Assembly: GCA_035291345.1 (NCBI GenBank)
Contig: DATDSF010000020.1
Coordinates: forward strand, 1-61,439
Direction of reading: 5' to 3'
Origin: Candidatus Nanoarchaeia archaeon
GTDB lineage: Archaea > Nanobdellota > Nanobdellia > Pacearchaeales > GW2011-AR1
Length of the DNA: 61,439 bases
Shown here: piece after piece, positions 25,634 through 35,565 of the stretch
Position numbering within the stretch: position 1 is the stretch's first letter
Layout of the letters: each line of letters begins with the position of its first letter
The notes under the pieces: generated by a model
Seen by the model: the letters and a program-made list of their open reading frames with translations, nothing else
What the model was told of the DNA's origin: nothing
Databases searched by the model: none
Program-made: the position numbers and the translations under genes

Positions 25634-27550
25634 ATGGAAATACTAATAATAAAAACAGGAGCTCTTGGAGATGTATTAAGGACAAGCTTTGTAGCTCAAG
25701 CATTGAAAGATAAATATAAATCAAAAAACCCAGAAATATACTGGATTGTAGACTCATCTGGAGTTCCTTTATTAGCAAATAATCCTCATATTGGCAAAAT
25801 AATAGAAACAAAAGACAAAGATTCCCTTTCAAATAAACATTTTGATTTAGTTATTAACCTAGAGGAGTCTGTTGAATTATGCAAATTTTCCAGCTCTTTA
25901 AATTCTAATGAAATTATAGGCTTTTTGTTTAGAGATGATAAAATTATTCCTAGCCATTCTGCTAAAGAATGGTTTAATATGTCTATGTTGGGTAAAAAGC
26001 CAGATAATGATATTTTAAAAAAGAAAAACAAAAAAACACACAGACAGATAATATCTGAAATTATAGGGGTGAAATATGGAAATCAAGAGCCATTTTTGAG
26101 GTTAAATGAAAAACAAAAAAATTTTACAGAAGATTTCTTAAGAAGATATAAAATAACTAAAGGAGACTTAATAATTGGTTTAAATACTGGGTCCTCAGAT
26201 AGGTGGCCGAAAGAACTTCCAATAAAAAAAACTGTCAAATTAACAGAAGAGATATATAAAAAATTTAATGCTAAAATACTTCTTTTTGGTGGACCTCAAG
26301 AATCTGAAAGGAATAAGGAAATAATAAGACTATCAAAAGCTCCAATAATTGATACTGGCTGTGGAAACGATCTTTTTGAATTTCCAGCTCTTTTAAGTAT
26401 TTGTAGTATTATAATTACTACAGACAGTTTAGGTCTTCATATGGCTCTAGCTTTAAAGAGAAAAACTATTTGTTTAGTTGGTCCAACTTCTTCAGCAGAA
26501 CTAGATATGTATAATTTAGGGGAGAAAATTATTGCAGATTCAAATTGTTTGTGTTGTTATAAAACAAGTTGCAAAAGTATGGATAAAATCAAATTAAGTA
26601 AAATAATTAAAACTCTAAATAAAATAGTAGATCAAAAAATTACTCTTTTAATCACAGCTTTCAAGGAACCAAATATAGGAAAGGCTATAGAATCTGCACA
26701 ATTACAAAAAACTAATTTTCAATATAAAATATTAATTTCTGCACCAGACGAAGAAACTCTTAAAATAGCAGAATCATATAAGGAAAAAGATAAAAGAATA
26801 AGTATTTTTCAGGATCCTGGAAAGGGAAAAAGTTATGCATTAAACATGATTTTTAGTAAAATAAAAACAGATATACTTATATTAACAGATGGAGATGTTT
26901 TCATTAGTAAAAATTCAGTAAATGAAATATGTAACCTATTTTTAGATCCACAAGTTGGTTGTATTACTGGAAGACCAGTTCCATTTGAAAGTAGGGACTC
27001 AAAATATGGATACTGGGCGAATTTCTTATTCAACGCAGCTCACATAATAAGAAAAGAAGCTTTTGAAAACGAAAAATTTATTGAGTGTTCTGGTTATCTT
27101 TTTGCATTTAGAAAAAATAAAATAACTGAAATTCCGTTGGACGTTGCAGAAGATACAGTTATTCCTTATTACTTTTGGGAAAAAGGTTATAAAATTGGAT
27201 ATGCTGAAAAAGCAGAAGTTTATGTGAGAAATGCAATGACTTGGAAAGACTGGGTAACACAAAAAACTAGAACTAGTAAAGCTCACGAAACTCTTTCTAA
27301 GTATGTAGACATTTCAACAACTCCCCGAGTTAAATCTTTTAAAAACGAATTTTTACAAGGGATAAGTTTAATGATTACTTATCCAAATTCGTTTAAAGAA
27401 GCATTCTGGACTCTAGAATTAGGTTTATCAAGGTTTTACATGTGGTTAAGAGTATTTTCTGACACTAAAGTAAAAAATAAACACTATGGTGATGCATGGG
27501 AAAGAATTGAAAGTACTAAATCACAAACAATAAAAACCATATCTAGATAG
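25634..27550 (+). CDS. Fusion protein: GT9-like domain + GT2 domain
   Basis: 638 aa. N-terminal part has MEILIIKTGALGDVLRTSFVAQAL and GSSDRWPKE (GT9-like). From about aa 335 it has ITLLITAFKEPN and LILTDGDV (GT2 DxD). Confidence 0.68.
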   Translation: MEILIIKTGALGDVLRTSFVAQALKDKYKSKNPEIYWIVDSSGVPLLANNPHIGKIIETKDKDSLSNKHFDLVINLEESVELCKFSSSLNSNEIIGFLFRDDKIIPSHSAKEWFNMSMLGKKPDNDILKKKNKKTHRQIISEIIGVKYGNQEPFLRLNEKQKNFTEDFLRRYKITKGDLIIGLNTGSSDRWPKELPIKKTVKLTEEIYKKFNAKILLFGGPQESERNKEIIRLSKAPIIDTGCGNDLFEFPALLSICSIIITTDSLGLHMALALKRKTICLVGPTSSAELDMYNLGEKIIADSNCLCCYKTSCKSMDKIKLSKIIKTLNKIVDQKITLLITAFKEPNIGKAIESAQLQKTNFQYKILISAPDEETLKIAESYKEKDKRISIFQDPGKGKSYALNMIFSKIKTDILILTDGDVFISKNSVNEICNLFLDPQVGCITGRPVPFESRDSKYGYWANFLFNAAHIIRKEAFENEKFIECSGYLFAFRKNKITEIPLDVAEDTVIPYYFWEKGYKIGYAEKAEVYVRNAMTWKDWVTQKTRTSKAHETLSKYVDISTTPRVKSFKNEFLQGISLMITYPNSFKEAFWTLELGLSRFYMWLRVFSDTKVKNKHYGDAWERIESTKSQTIKTISR

Positions 27551-27557
27551 TATTATA

Positions 27558-29150
27558 ATGGAAGCTTTAGAGAAAAAAAAAGAAGAGAAAAAATATGGTG
27601 ATAAAAAAGAGAAATTTGAAGCCTGGTTGCAAGATAAGTATAATTTAGGTCTCTTAGGCATTATTTTACTTTCTATAGTATTTAGGTTATATTATTTTTT
27701 CATAACTAAAAATCAAGCCCACTGGTGGGATACTCTCGCTTATGGAGGCCTGGCAAAACAAATGATTTCAGGTATGTGGAGTTATTCAGAGTTTTTATCA
27801 CATGAAGCTATTATTCGTCCACCATTACTGCCATTTGTGTGGTCTCTACTTTTAAGAATTAATATTCCAGATGTAGGAACAATATTTTTGCTTGAGATAA
27901 TTCCCTCTGTCCTTTCAGTATTTTTTATATTTCTAATAGCAAAAGAGCTTTATAACAAAAAGGTGGCTCTTATTTCATCATTTATTCTTTCAATTTTATG
28001 GATTCACTTATTTTACTCTATGAGAATTATGACTGATGTTCCAGCTCTATTCTTTTGCATAATGAGTTTCTACTTTTTTGTCAAATCATACAAAGACTTT
28101 AATTTAACCTTTTTTTCAATAGCTATTTTTTCAATAGCACTCTCAATACTACTGAGATATAATTATGGAATAATAGGAGCATTATACATATTAATTATAT
28201 TGGTTCACCATAAACATAGATTTGTGAGCAAAAAAAACTTTTGGATAGGGGGAATAATAGGATTTATACCAATCATTTTATTTTTCGTATACAATCTAAT
28301 TATATTTTCAAGTATTTTCCCTGCAGGAGGAGTTTATTCTGCGAGTGCTGAAAATCAGGCATCCTTTGCATTTTATACAATTGACCATATAGGCTACATT
28401 TTAAGCCCATCAATTTCAAATACTCCTTACATAAAATTTTCCCCAATTAGCTTTAACCCTCTTTCAGTAGGATTGATTATAAATAGTCTTTTTATTTTCT
28501 TTATAATTGGATTTTTCATAGCCTTAGTTGAACTTGTGATCGGTTTTGACTCTTTAAATAAAATAAATAAACTTAAATCTCATTTCTTATTACTTTTAAT
28601 TTTAATAGCTTCATTAATCTTCTTTATTTTCATAATTAAGGCAGCTGAAGATCGTTATTTATTCCTTTGCTTAATTCCAATAATAATATTATGTTCAATT
28701 GGATTAGTATGGGTTTATGAATTGATTAAAAAGCACAATAAGATTGTAGCAACTGTAATTATCATATTTATTTTAATAACGGCTCTTTATTCTCAGACAA
28801 TATTTGGAAATGCTTTGATAAAAAGCAAAGTTTCTTCATATGCAGAAATGAAAGAAGCTTTCTTATGGATTAAAGATAACACGCAAGAAAATGCAGTTAT
28901 TCTAGGTGAAGGAACAGACCCTTATGCTATTTTTTACTCAGAGAGAAATATAGCAAACTGGAATCTTACAAATCTTGAAGATTCTTTTTCAAAGGCTGAC
29001 TATATAGTTCTTCATGGTTTTGAACATCAAACACAGGAAACACTAAACTTTATTAATAATAATTCAGATAGAATAATTCCCGAAAGAATAATACCTTTCC
29101 AGAATACAAATAACCAAATAGCTGTTGGAATTTATAGAGTTAAGAAATAA
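27558..29150 (+). CDS. GT-C fold membrane glycosyltransferase (ArnT/PMT_2-like)
   Basis: 530 aa, polytopic, followed by a soluble C-terminal domain of about 130 aa. Architecture resembles the ORF at 5663-7522. Confidence 0.6.
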   Translation: MEALEKKKEEKKYGDKKEKFEAWLQDKYNLGLLGIILLSIVFRLYYFFITKNQAHWWDTLAYGGLAKQMISGMWSYSEFLSHEAIIRPPLLPFVWSLLLRINIPDVGTIFLLEIIPSVLSVFFIFLIAKELYNKKVALISSFILSILWIHLFYSMRIMTDVPALFFCIMSFYFFVKSYKDFNLTFFSIAIFSIALSILLRYNYGIIGALYILIILVHHKHRFVSKKNFWIGGIIGFIPIILFFVYNLIIFSSIFPAGGVYSASAENQASFAFYTIDHIGYILSPSISNTPYIKFSPISFNPLSVGLIINSLFIFFIIGFFIALVELVIGFDSLNKINKLKSHFLLLLILIASLIFFIFIIKAAEDRYLFLCLIPIIILCSIGLVWVYELIKKHNKIVATVIIIFILITALYSQTIFGNALIKSKVSSYAEMKEAFLWIKDNTQENAVILGEGTDPYAIFYSERNIANWNLTNLEDSFSKADYIVLHGFEHQTQETLNFINNNSDRIIPERIIPFQNTNNQIAVGIYRVKK

Positions 29151-29993
29151 CTATAATTTAATTATAACTTCTGCACAAGGAGAGTTTTTATCAGGCAGAC
29201 TGTAATTTAAAATAATAGGCTTAATTTTTTTATTATTTTTTATCCAATCTAAAATATTATCTAAATTACCATCACTTTTTCGTTTAACTGAAACTTCAAT
29301 ATATAAATAATCAAAATTTATATTTTTCAAAGACTTTAAGACTTCCATCTCAGCTCCTTCAACATCAATTTTTACAAGGTCATATTTATTTGGTAAATTA
29401 AGCTTGTTAATTTGCTTAACATCTAAAGCTATTGTGTCAACTATTATCTCCTTTTTTTCACTTCTTGTATAGTTCTGATCCAAGTTTTCTTGGTAAAAGC
29501 TTGCTTCAGCAGATGCTTCCGGAGAATAATGGAGTTTTCTTTTAGAAGTTTTTTGAGAGATGCCATAATTGTACACATACCAATCTCTAACATTTCCAGA
29601 ATTTCTTTTCAGTATATTAAATACTTCTTTGTTAGGTTCAAAAGAATAAATCTTCAATCTAGGGTAAAATTTCTTCAAGGTGAAAGCCCACTGACCAATA
29701 TTAGCACCTATATCTAACACATTTGAAAGAGTGTCTAAAGGAATATATGTTTTAATCTTAGATATTTCAGAAGGATACTGTTGAAGTATTGCTGGAACAA
29801 ATCGGTTATCATAAAAAAATGTTTTACCAAGATATTTTATATTCCTTTTATTTGATAAGATAGAGTAATATTTTGTAAAAATATATAATACTCTTTCAAA
29901 AAAAGAAATATTCCTTGTAGATAAAAAAATAGAATCAAACTTAAAGTTATAGTAAATTCTCTTCAGATTTTCTTTTATAAATTTAGATACCAT
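29151..29993 (-). CDS. FkbM-family methyltransferase
   Basis: 280 aa with VLDIGANIGQW, YSFEPN and KIDVEGAEMEVL, all characteristic of FkbM-type methyltransferases. Confidence 0.72.
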   Translation of the reverse strand: MVSKFIKENLKRIYYNFKFDSIFLSTRNISFFERVLYIFTKYYSILSNKRNIKYLGKTFFYDNRFVPAILQQYPSEISKIKTYIPLDTLSNVLDIGANIGQWAFTLKKFYPRLKIYSFEPNKEVFNILKRNSGNVRDWYVYNYGISQKTSKRKLHYSPEASAEASFYQENLDQNYTRSEKKEIIVDTIALDVKQINKLNLPNKYDLVKIDVEGAEMEVLKSLKNINFDYLYIEVSVKRKSDGNLDNILDWIKNNKKIKPIILNYSLPDKNSPCAEVIIKL

Positions 29994-30968
29994 TTATTTA
30001 TTAAGTGTGTTAGAAATAACCCCATATATTATTGAGTAAGTTGAAACCAAATTTAGCATTGGCTCATTTAGAAAGCAGATGTCTCTATATTTAAAACTTT
30101 TATATACTGCATTAGCTATTGGAAAAATAAAAAAATGAGTATAAATTAACCATATTCCTATTTTAATCCAATCTTTCTTCCAGTTTATCCATTTAAACTT
30201 TCTTTGAATTACATTAGGATAATAAGTTCTTTGCAAATTTCTAATTCTTTTTTTCCATAACTCTTTCAAATTTCTTAATAAAAGATGCTCAACACCTGTA
30301 TCTGGAATAAAGGCAAAATAACTAAAACCCATTTCAACAAGCACAGCTGGGATTTCATTATCTATGAGCTGTTTCTGAGTTTTTGCATAATCTAAAATTA
30401 ACTCCCTCCTATAAATCATAAGTCCTTGTGGAGGAACTTCCTCTTTACTACATTCACATAACCAGTAGTTTTTATTCTTTTTAACTAATATATCTTTAAT
30501 TCCTATAGTAAAAAACTTGAATATAGGATCTCTCTGAAATTCATCATAAGATAAAGTTCTTGTTAAGCTAGGATGACTCTTATTTACCTTAAATCCTACA
30601 AAATTACCAACAATCCCTTTATTGTCTTTAAATGGAAAAAGCATTTTTTTAATAAATTGGTTATCAGAAAATTTCATGTCAGCATCAAGATACATAAAGA
30701 ATTCTCCATCAGCGCTGTTAAACCCAATCATTTTACTTACCTCAGCATCTTTAATTTTATTTTTTAAAATCTTTATATTAATTTTCCCAGAAAAGCTTTT
30801 AGCAACCTCAATTGTCTTATCACTAGAGTAATTATCAATTATTAAAACCTCAATTAGCTTTTTTGGATAGTTCTGAGAAGCTATAGCATTCAAGCAAACT
30901 TCTAAATCATGTTCTTCATTATATGTCGGAATTGCTATGCTAAGTTTTTCATTTACTATTTTTTTCAT
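29994..30968 (-). CDS. GT2 glycosyltransferase
   Basis: 324 aa with LSIAIPTYNE, LIIDNYSSDKT and YLDADM (DxD). C-terminal TM segments. Confidence 0.8.
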   Translation of the reverse strand: MKKIVNEKLSIAIPTYNEEHDLEVCLNAIASQNYPKKLIEVLIIDNYSSDKTIEVAKSFSGKINIKILKNKIKDAEVSKMIGFNSADGEFFMYLDADMKFSDNQFIKKMLFPFKDNKGIVGNFVGFKVNKSHPSLTRTLSYDEFQRDPIFKFFTIGIKDILVKKNKNYWLCECSKEEVPPQGLMIYRRELILDYAKTQKQLIDNEIPAVLVEMGFSYFAFIPDTGVEHLLLRNLKELWKKRIRNLQRTYYPNVIQRKFKWINWKKDWIKIGIWLIYTHFFIFPIANAVYKSFKYRDICFLNEPMLNLVSTYSIIYGVISNTLNK

Positions 30969-31996
30969 TTGAATCTAAGATTGGAAAATTTATTTTTACC
31001 ATCCAGAAAATAATCTAAAGCTATGCTTCTTTTATAGATTAATTTCAAATCTTCAAGTTCTTTATCACTAACTTTTCTTTTAGACTGTACTTCCTTCCTT
31101 TTTTTACTATATGTAAATATATAATCAAATGGAAGAATAAAAAATGTTAGAATAGCTGCAATAGTTTTATTTGGGAAAAATCTAACAGCAGAAATAATTT
31201 CTAAAAGAAGTCTAACAGGTAAAATTCTAACCAGATTTGTAAAGGAATAGTTTTTTATCAATAATAAAATATGATTTCTAGAGTGTAAATAATCTTTCTT
31301 TAAATTTATCTTCTCTTTATTAACACTATAACTTCCAATATGGTAAATAACTGATTTTGGACAGAAAATAATTTCTTTTCCATAAATATTTGCTCTCCAG
31401 CAAAAATCTGTTTCTTCTCCATACATGAAAAAATTTTTATCAAAGCCACCAATATCTAAAAATTCTCTTCTTTTAACAACTAAACAAACTCCACATCCCC
31501 AAAAAACCCGTATTTCATCATTATACTGCCCTTTATCTTTTTCCAAACTATCAAAAATTCTGCCTCTACAGAAAGGATAACCATATTTGTCAATAAAACC
31601 ACCTGCAGCTCCTGCATACTCAAACATTTCCCTATCTGAATATGACTTTATCTTTGGTTGACAGGCAATGTAATTTGATTTTTTATTAATTATCTTTAAC
31701 ATTTCACTAAGCCACCCCTTAGAAACTTCTGTATCATTGTTTAAAAAAACAGCATAGTCAGATTTAGCCTTTTTAGCCAGAAAGTTAGAAGCCTCTGCAA
31801 AACCAATTATTTTGTCAGTTTTGAATATAAAAGATTTAGAATATGTTTTATTTATAACCTCTTCACTTTTATCAGTTGTACCATTTAATAAGATGTAAAT
31901 ATCAAAATCTTTTGTATATTTTTTAATTGATTCTAAACAATTCTTAATAACACTCTCTCCGTTTAGATGCACAATTAAAATATCTGTTTTTGTCAT
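30965..31996 (-). CDS. GT2 glycosyltransferase (rhamnosyltransferase-like)
   Basis: 343 aa with ILIVHLNG, FLNNDTEV and FMYGEETDFCWR (typical GT2_3 motif). Overlaps the next GT2 gene by 4 nt. Confidence 0.8.
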   Translation of the reverse strand: MTKTDILIVHLNGESVIKNCLESIKKYTKDFDIYILLNGTTDKSEEVINKTYSKSFIFKTDKIIGFAEASNFLAKKAKSDYAVFLNNDTEVSKGWLSEMLKIINKKSNYIACQPKIKSYSDREMFEYAGAAGGFIDKYGYPFCRGRIFDSLEKDKGQYNDEIRVFWGCGVCLVVKRREFLDIGGFDKNFFMYGEETDFCWRANIYGKEIIFCPKSVIYHIGSYSVNKEKINLKKDYLHSRNHILLLIKNYSFTNLVRILPVRLLLEIISAVRFFPNKTIAAILTFFILPFDYIFTYSKKRKEVQSKRKVSDKELEDLKLIYKRSIALDYFLDGKNKFSNLRFK

Positions 31997-32039
31997 TTTT
32001 GTCTTATTTGTTTAACATAAGTTTTGTAATTTGAGGGTT

Positions 32040-32061
32040 GATAAGGGATACTTCCCTTATC
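32040..32061. repeat. Perfect 9-bp inverted repeat with 4-nt loop (GATAAGGGA-TACT-TCCCTTATC)
   Basis: Relatively G+C-rich hairpin overlapping the stop codon of the Dol-P-hexose-synthase-like GT2 gene. Lies in the 63-nt gap before the next GT2 gene. Confidence 0.7.
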
Positions 32062-32821
32062 AATGATGTATTTTTAAAATTTCTGGAGATTTATCATAAA
32101 TACCAACAATGAACTTAAATGGAGAGTATAATAATCTTAATCTAATAACTCCTGCAGCCATTTGTAGTGGTACTCTAAATGAAATTTTCGACCCTTCTTT
32201 ATCAGACCATTCAGTTGGGTGTTCTTTTATTTTTAATTTATTTTTTCTGCAAAAATATAGTAGATTAACATCAAATGCCCATTTTATACTTTTGATATTA
32301 TTTACAAAACCAATTATTTTATCCTTCACAAAGATTTTTGCTCCACACTGGGTATCTTTATATGGAAAAAAGAATAATAATCTAACTAAAAAATTAAACC
32401 CTTTACTTCTGATATATTTTCCAAGACTCCTTTCAGTTTTAGAATTTTTTAACCATCTACTTCCAATAATTCCATCAAAATTATTAATATTTTTATAAAT
32501 GTCATAAAAAGCTTCTGGAGATGTAGACATGTCTGCATCAACAAATCCAACCAAATCACCATTTGAAGATTTAAAACCTTCTAGAATAGCATACCCCTTT
32601 CCTCCCTGCTCCAAATCAATATATCTTATTTGTTTGTATTTCTTTGAAAACTTCTTAATAATATCAAGGGTATTATCTTTAGAAGCATTGTTAACAACTA
32701 TTATTTCGAACTTTTCTTTTCTATCTTTCTTGGTTTTTAATTCAAAAAATTTTCCATATGATTCTAAAGTAGGCTCAATTCTGTCAGCCTCATTATGTGC
32801 AGGAATTATTATACTTAACAT
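32060..32821 (-). CDS. GT2 glycosyltransferase, dolichyl-phosphate-hexose synthase-like
   Basis: 253 aa with LSIIIPAHNE, IIVVNNASKDNT, FVDADMS and TQCGAKIF (Dpm1/Alg5-like motifs). Confidence 0.75.
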   Translation of the reverse strand: MLSIIIPAHNEADRIEPTLESYGKFFELKTKKDRKEKFEIIVVNNASKDNTLDIIKKFSKKYKQIRYIDLEQGGKGYAILEGFKSSNGDLVGFVDADMSTSPEAFYDIYKNINNFDGIIGSRWLKNSKTERSLGKYIRSKGFNFLVRLLFFFPYKDTQCGAKIFVKDKIIGFVNNIKSIKWAFDVNLLYFCRKNKLKIKEHPTEWSDKEGSKISFRVPLQMAAGVIRLRLLYSPFKFIVGIYDKSPEILKIHH

Positions 32822-32918
32822 TTTAACATTATAGCTAAAAAATGATGATTTAAAGGTTTTTGTGTATTTTTATATTTACTACAGAAAATCTTATAAACAG
32901 AGCATAATTTGGTTTTTT

Positions 32919-33728
32919 ATGGTAGATAACTATGCACTAACTTTTGTAAAAGCTGATTTACACAATTATCTTAGAACAAGCAATATATTTTCAGAAGGAT
33001 TTGCTGAAAAAGCTTTAGAAAGAGCAAGTAAAAAATTAGGTAAAGGAGCAGTTATAGGAGTTGCAGATGTTGACGAACATAGGTACTCAAAGGTAAAAAG
33101 AGGAGTAGAAAATTATTTAACACACGACTTAGGGGTAGGGTTTTGTGTGTTGGGACTGGATATAACAGTATTAAGGGGTGAAAGAGTTTTTACAAAAGAA
33201 GGAAATATACTTGTTTTAGGTTTAAATGAAGATGAACATGTTCAAAGCGGAAGAAGTATAGAAGATACTTTAAAACAGGCAAAGGATTATAATGCATCAA
33301 TAGTACTGAGTAATTTTTCATCTAGAAATAAATCAAGAGAAGTTATACTCACAAATTTAAATCTCTTAACTTATGTAGATGCAGTTGAAGTGCATAATGG
33401 TTCTCAGGTATTTACAGATCAGAATAATACAGCCCAGTTATTTTATGAAGTTTATAGAAATAAGTTCGATATAGGAGCTATTATTACCTCTGGAGGCCAC
33501 TCGGGTTATGAAATAGGCTCTAGTTGGACATTGATCCCTACTCTGGACTATACATCAGAAGCTCATTTAAAAAAATCTATAAAAGAAGTTTTAAAACAAA
33601 GAAGAACTCCTGAAATGGAGCATAGAAGCAATTCATATATTGGAGCTACTCACCATTTAGTTAAACACTATTTATGGAGCAAGCAGGCTGGAAAAAGAAA
33701 AATTGACGAAAGAGGAATGGCAGAATAA
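32919..33728 (+). CDS. Hypothetical protein, PHP/metal-dependent phosphoesterase-like
   Basis: The ORF track starts at GTG 32862; ATG 32919 (MVDNYALTF) is more likely. Motifs VKADLHNY, DAVEVHNGS and TSGGHSGYE resemble PHP motifs. Same motif order as the ORF at 3934-4842. Confidence 0.4.
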   Translation: MVDNYALTFVKADLHNYLRTSNIFSEGFAEKALERASKKLGKGAVIGVADVDEHRYSKVKRGVENYLTHDLGVGFCVLGLDITVLRGERVFTKEGNILVLGLNEDEHVQSGRSIEDTLKQAKDYNASIVLSNFSSRNKSREVILTNLNLLTYVDAVEVHNGSQVFTDQNNTAQLFYEVYRNKFDIGAIITSGGHSGYEIGSSWTLIPTLDYTSEAHLKKSIKEVLKQRRTPEMEHRSNSYIGATHHLVKHYLWSKQAGKRKIDERGMAE

Positions 33729-33762
33729 CCAAATTTAAAAAACTCCTTTTCTTTAGATAATA

Positions 33763-34296
33763 ATGCCCTTAGCAGTAACTCACTTTGTTATAACAGTAAT
33801 TATATTTACACTAATTAGGGACTTTTTTATAAAGAATAAGAAAAAGTTTCCAGTTTACTATGTTTTTCTTGGAGGGTTGGCAGGACTTTTGCCAGATTTT
33901 GATTTCGCAATTTCTATATTGCTATTTATCTTTAGCATAAACTATAATGCTCACAGAACATTTACACATACTTTATTTATGCCTTTGATATTTTTTATAG
34001 CTTCAGTAGTCACAATAAAATTAAAGCCATTTAAAATAAAAACAAAAATATTTCATTATACTACTTTGTTATGGGTAATTGGTTTAGGTATTTTAATTCA
34101 CTTAATTCTTGATTCTACAATAGGTGGATATATTTATCCCCTTTATCCTATTAGTAATATATCTCTAGGCTTGAACTTTCCAGATTACCTTCCAGATAAA
34201 CTTATAGAAGTATTTTTTCCAATTTTAGATGCAGCACTTTTAATTATATGGATATCTTATTTGGAGTTTAAACATAAAATAAGTTCTTTCTTCTAA
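33763..34296 (+). CDS. Membrane-bound metal-dependent hydrolase-like protein (DUF457/YdjM-like)
   Basis: 177 aa, polytopic, with MPLAVTHFVI, LPDFD, HRTFTHT and HLILDS. Paralog of the ORF at 2677-3135. Confidence 0.5.
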   Translation: MPLAVTHFVITVIIFTLIRDFFIKNKKKFPVYYVFLGGLAGLLPDFDFAISILLFIFSINYNAHRTFTHTLFMPLIFFIASVVTIKLKPFKIKTKIFHYTTLLWVIGLGILIHLILDSTIGGYIYPLYPISNISLGLNFPDYLPDKLIEVFFPILDAALLIIWISYLEFKHKISSFF

Positions 34297-35564
34297 GCTT
34301 TTTTATTAGCTTCATCTGGCTTTTTCAACAGAATTAGCATACTCCCTAAGAATAAAAGTAAGCATGATATAATCATACCAATTGAAAAGTTTAATAAATT
34401 ATCCTTTAAGAACCAGAGCAATACAGCCTGAATAAATACAAAAATGATGAATGATGCAAGATATTTAATTCCAATTTTTTTATTAATAGAAAGTCCATAA
34501 AGTAAAATTATATTTGCAACAGAAATGAATGTAAATGCAACTCCAATATTAAAAACAATACTGCTTATTTCAAGATATTCGTTACCAAACAATAATCTGA
34601 TTATTAAATCAGGGAATAATAATAGAGCAATTAAAGATAATCCGCATAAGCTTAGAACCATAATTAAAGACTTATAGAAAATCTTCCTTGTTTTACTATT
34701 ATCACTACCTGAATTTTCAAACTTTTCAGAGCTTAAAGGAAACATTGTTTTTCCTATAGCTAGAGTTCCGAAGAAAATCATCTTTCCAATTAAATTAGCA
34801 ACTGCATAATGGCCTGCAATCTCTGGAGAAAAAAATCTTCTGGCAAGGAAAACATCAATGCTTTGCATTAATAATATTGGTAGAAAAATAATTATTACTG
34901 GTGATCCATATTTGTATATTCCTGATAAATCAGCACTTTCAATTTTACTTTTCATAACATCTTTTAACGGAATTAAAGATATTGATAGTGCTACAAGTCC
35001 ACCAATAATGATACTTCCAACTGCAGCATAAACTCCAAAACCAAGATAAACCAATATCACGGCTATTACGACTTTTATCAAAGAATCTAAAATCATATTA
35101 CTACCAAGAGCACCAAACTTCTTCATTCCCTGCATAACTCCTCTTGTGGTAGGTATAAGGAAGAATGAAAACAAAACAACACCTGATAGAGCAACTAAAC
35201 TGAAAGGTATATCTAAAAAATAACCAAACAAAAAGAAAATAGGCAAAAGGAGAATAAAAAGTATTAAAGCTACTAAACTGCTCTTTTTTAAAGATTTAAT
35301 CAATAGATTTTTTATTTTCCCATTTTCTTTTTTAACATTGAACTTTGAAGTATATCTTGATACTATTGTCTGTATACTTTCAGATGGTAAAGCTAAGAAA
35401 TAAAGAAGAGTCATTATTGATGCTAAAACACTAAAATCAGCAGGTCCTAACATTCTAGCCATTGAAAATTGGAAAATGAAATTAAGAAGGTTAAATATGT
35501 TAAATGTAATGAAAAGAATCAAACTACCTCTCATTAATTCATTGGAAAATATCTTTTTGATCAT
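34293..35564 (-). CDS. MOP-superfamily oligosaccharide flippase
   Basis: 423 aa with about 12 TM segments. Separated by 1 nt from the upstream GPT gene, in the aglB operon. Confidence 0.72.
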   Translation of the reverse strand: MIKKIFSNELMRGSLILFITFNIFNLLNFIFQFSMARMLGPADFSVLASIMTLLYFLALPSESIQTIVSRYTSKFNVKKENGKIKNLLIKSLKKSSLVALILFILLLPIFFLFGYFLDIPFSLVALSGVVLFSFFLIPTTRGVMQGMKKFGALGSNMILDSLIKVVIAVILVYLGFGVYAAVGSIIIGGLVALSISLIPLKDVMKSKIESADLSGIYKYGSPVIIIFLPILLMQSIDVFLARRFFSPEIAGHYAVANLIGKMIFFGTLAIGKTMFPLSSEKFENSGSDNSKTRKIFYKSLIMVLSLCGLSLIALLLFPDLIIRLLFGNEYLEISSIVFNIGVAFTFISVANIILLYGLSINKKIGIKYLASFIIFVFIQAVLLWFLKDNLLNFSIGMIISCLLLFLGSMLILLKKPDEANKKA

Positions 35565-35565
35565 T

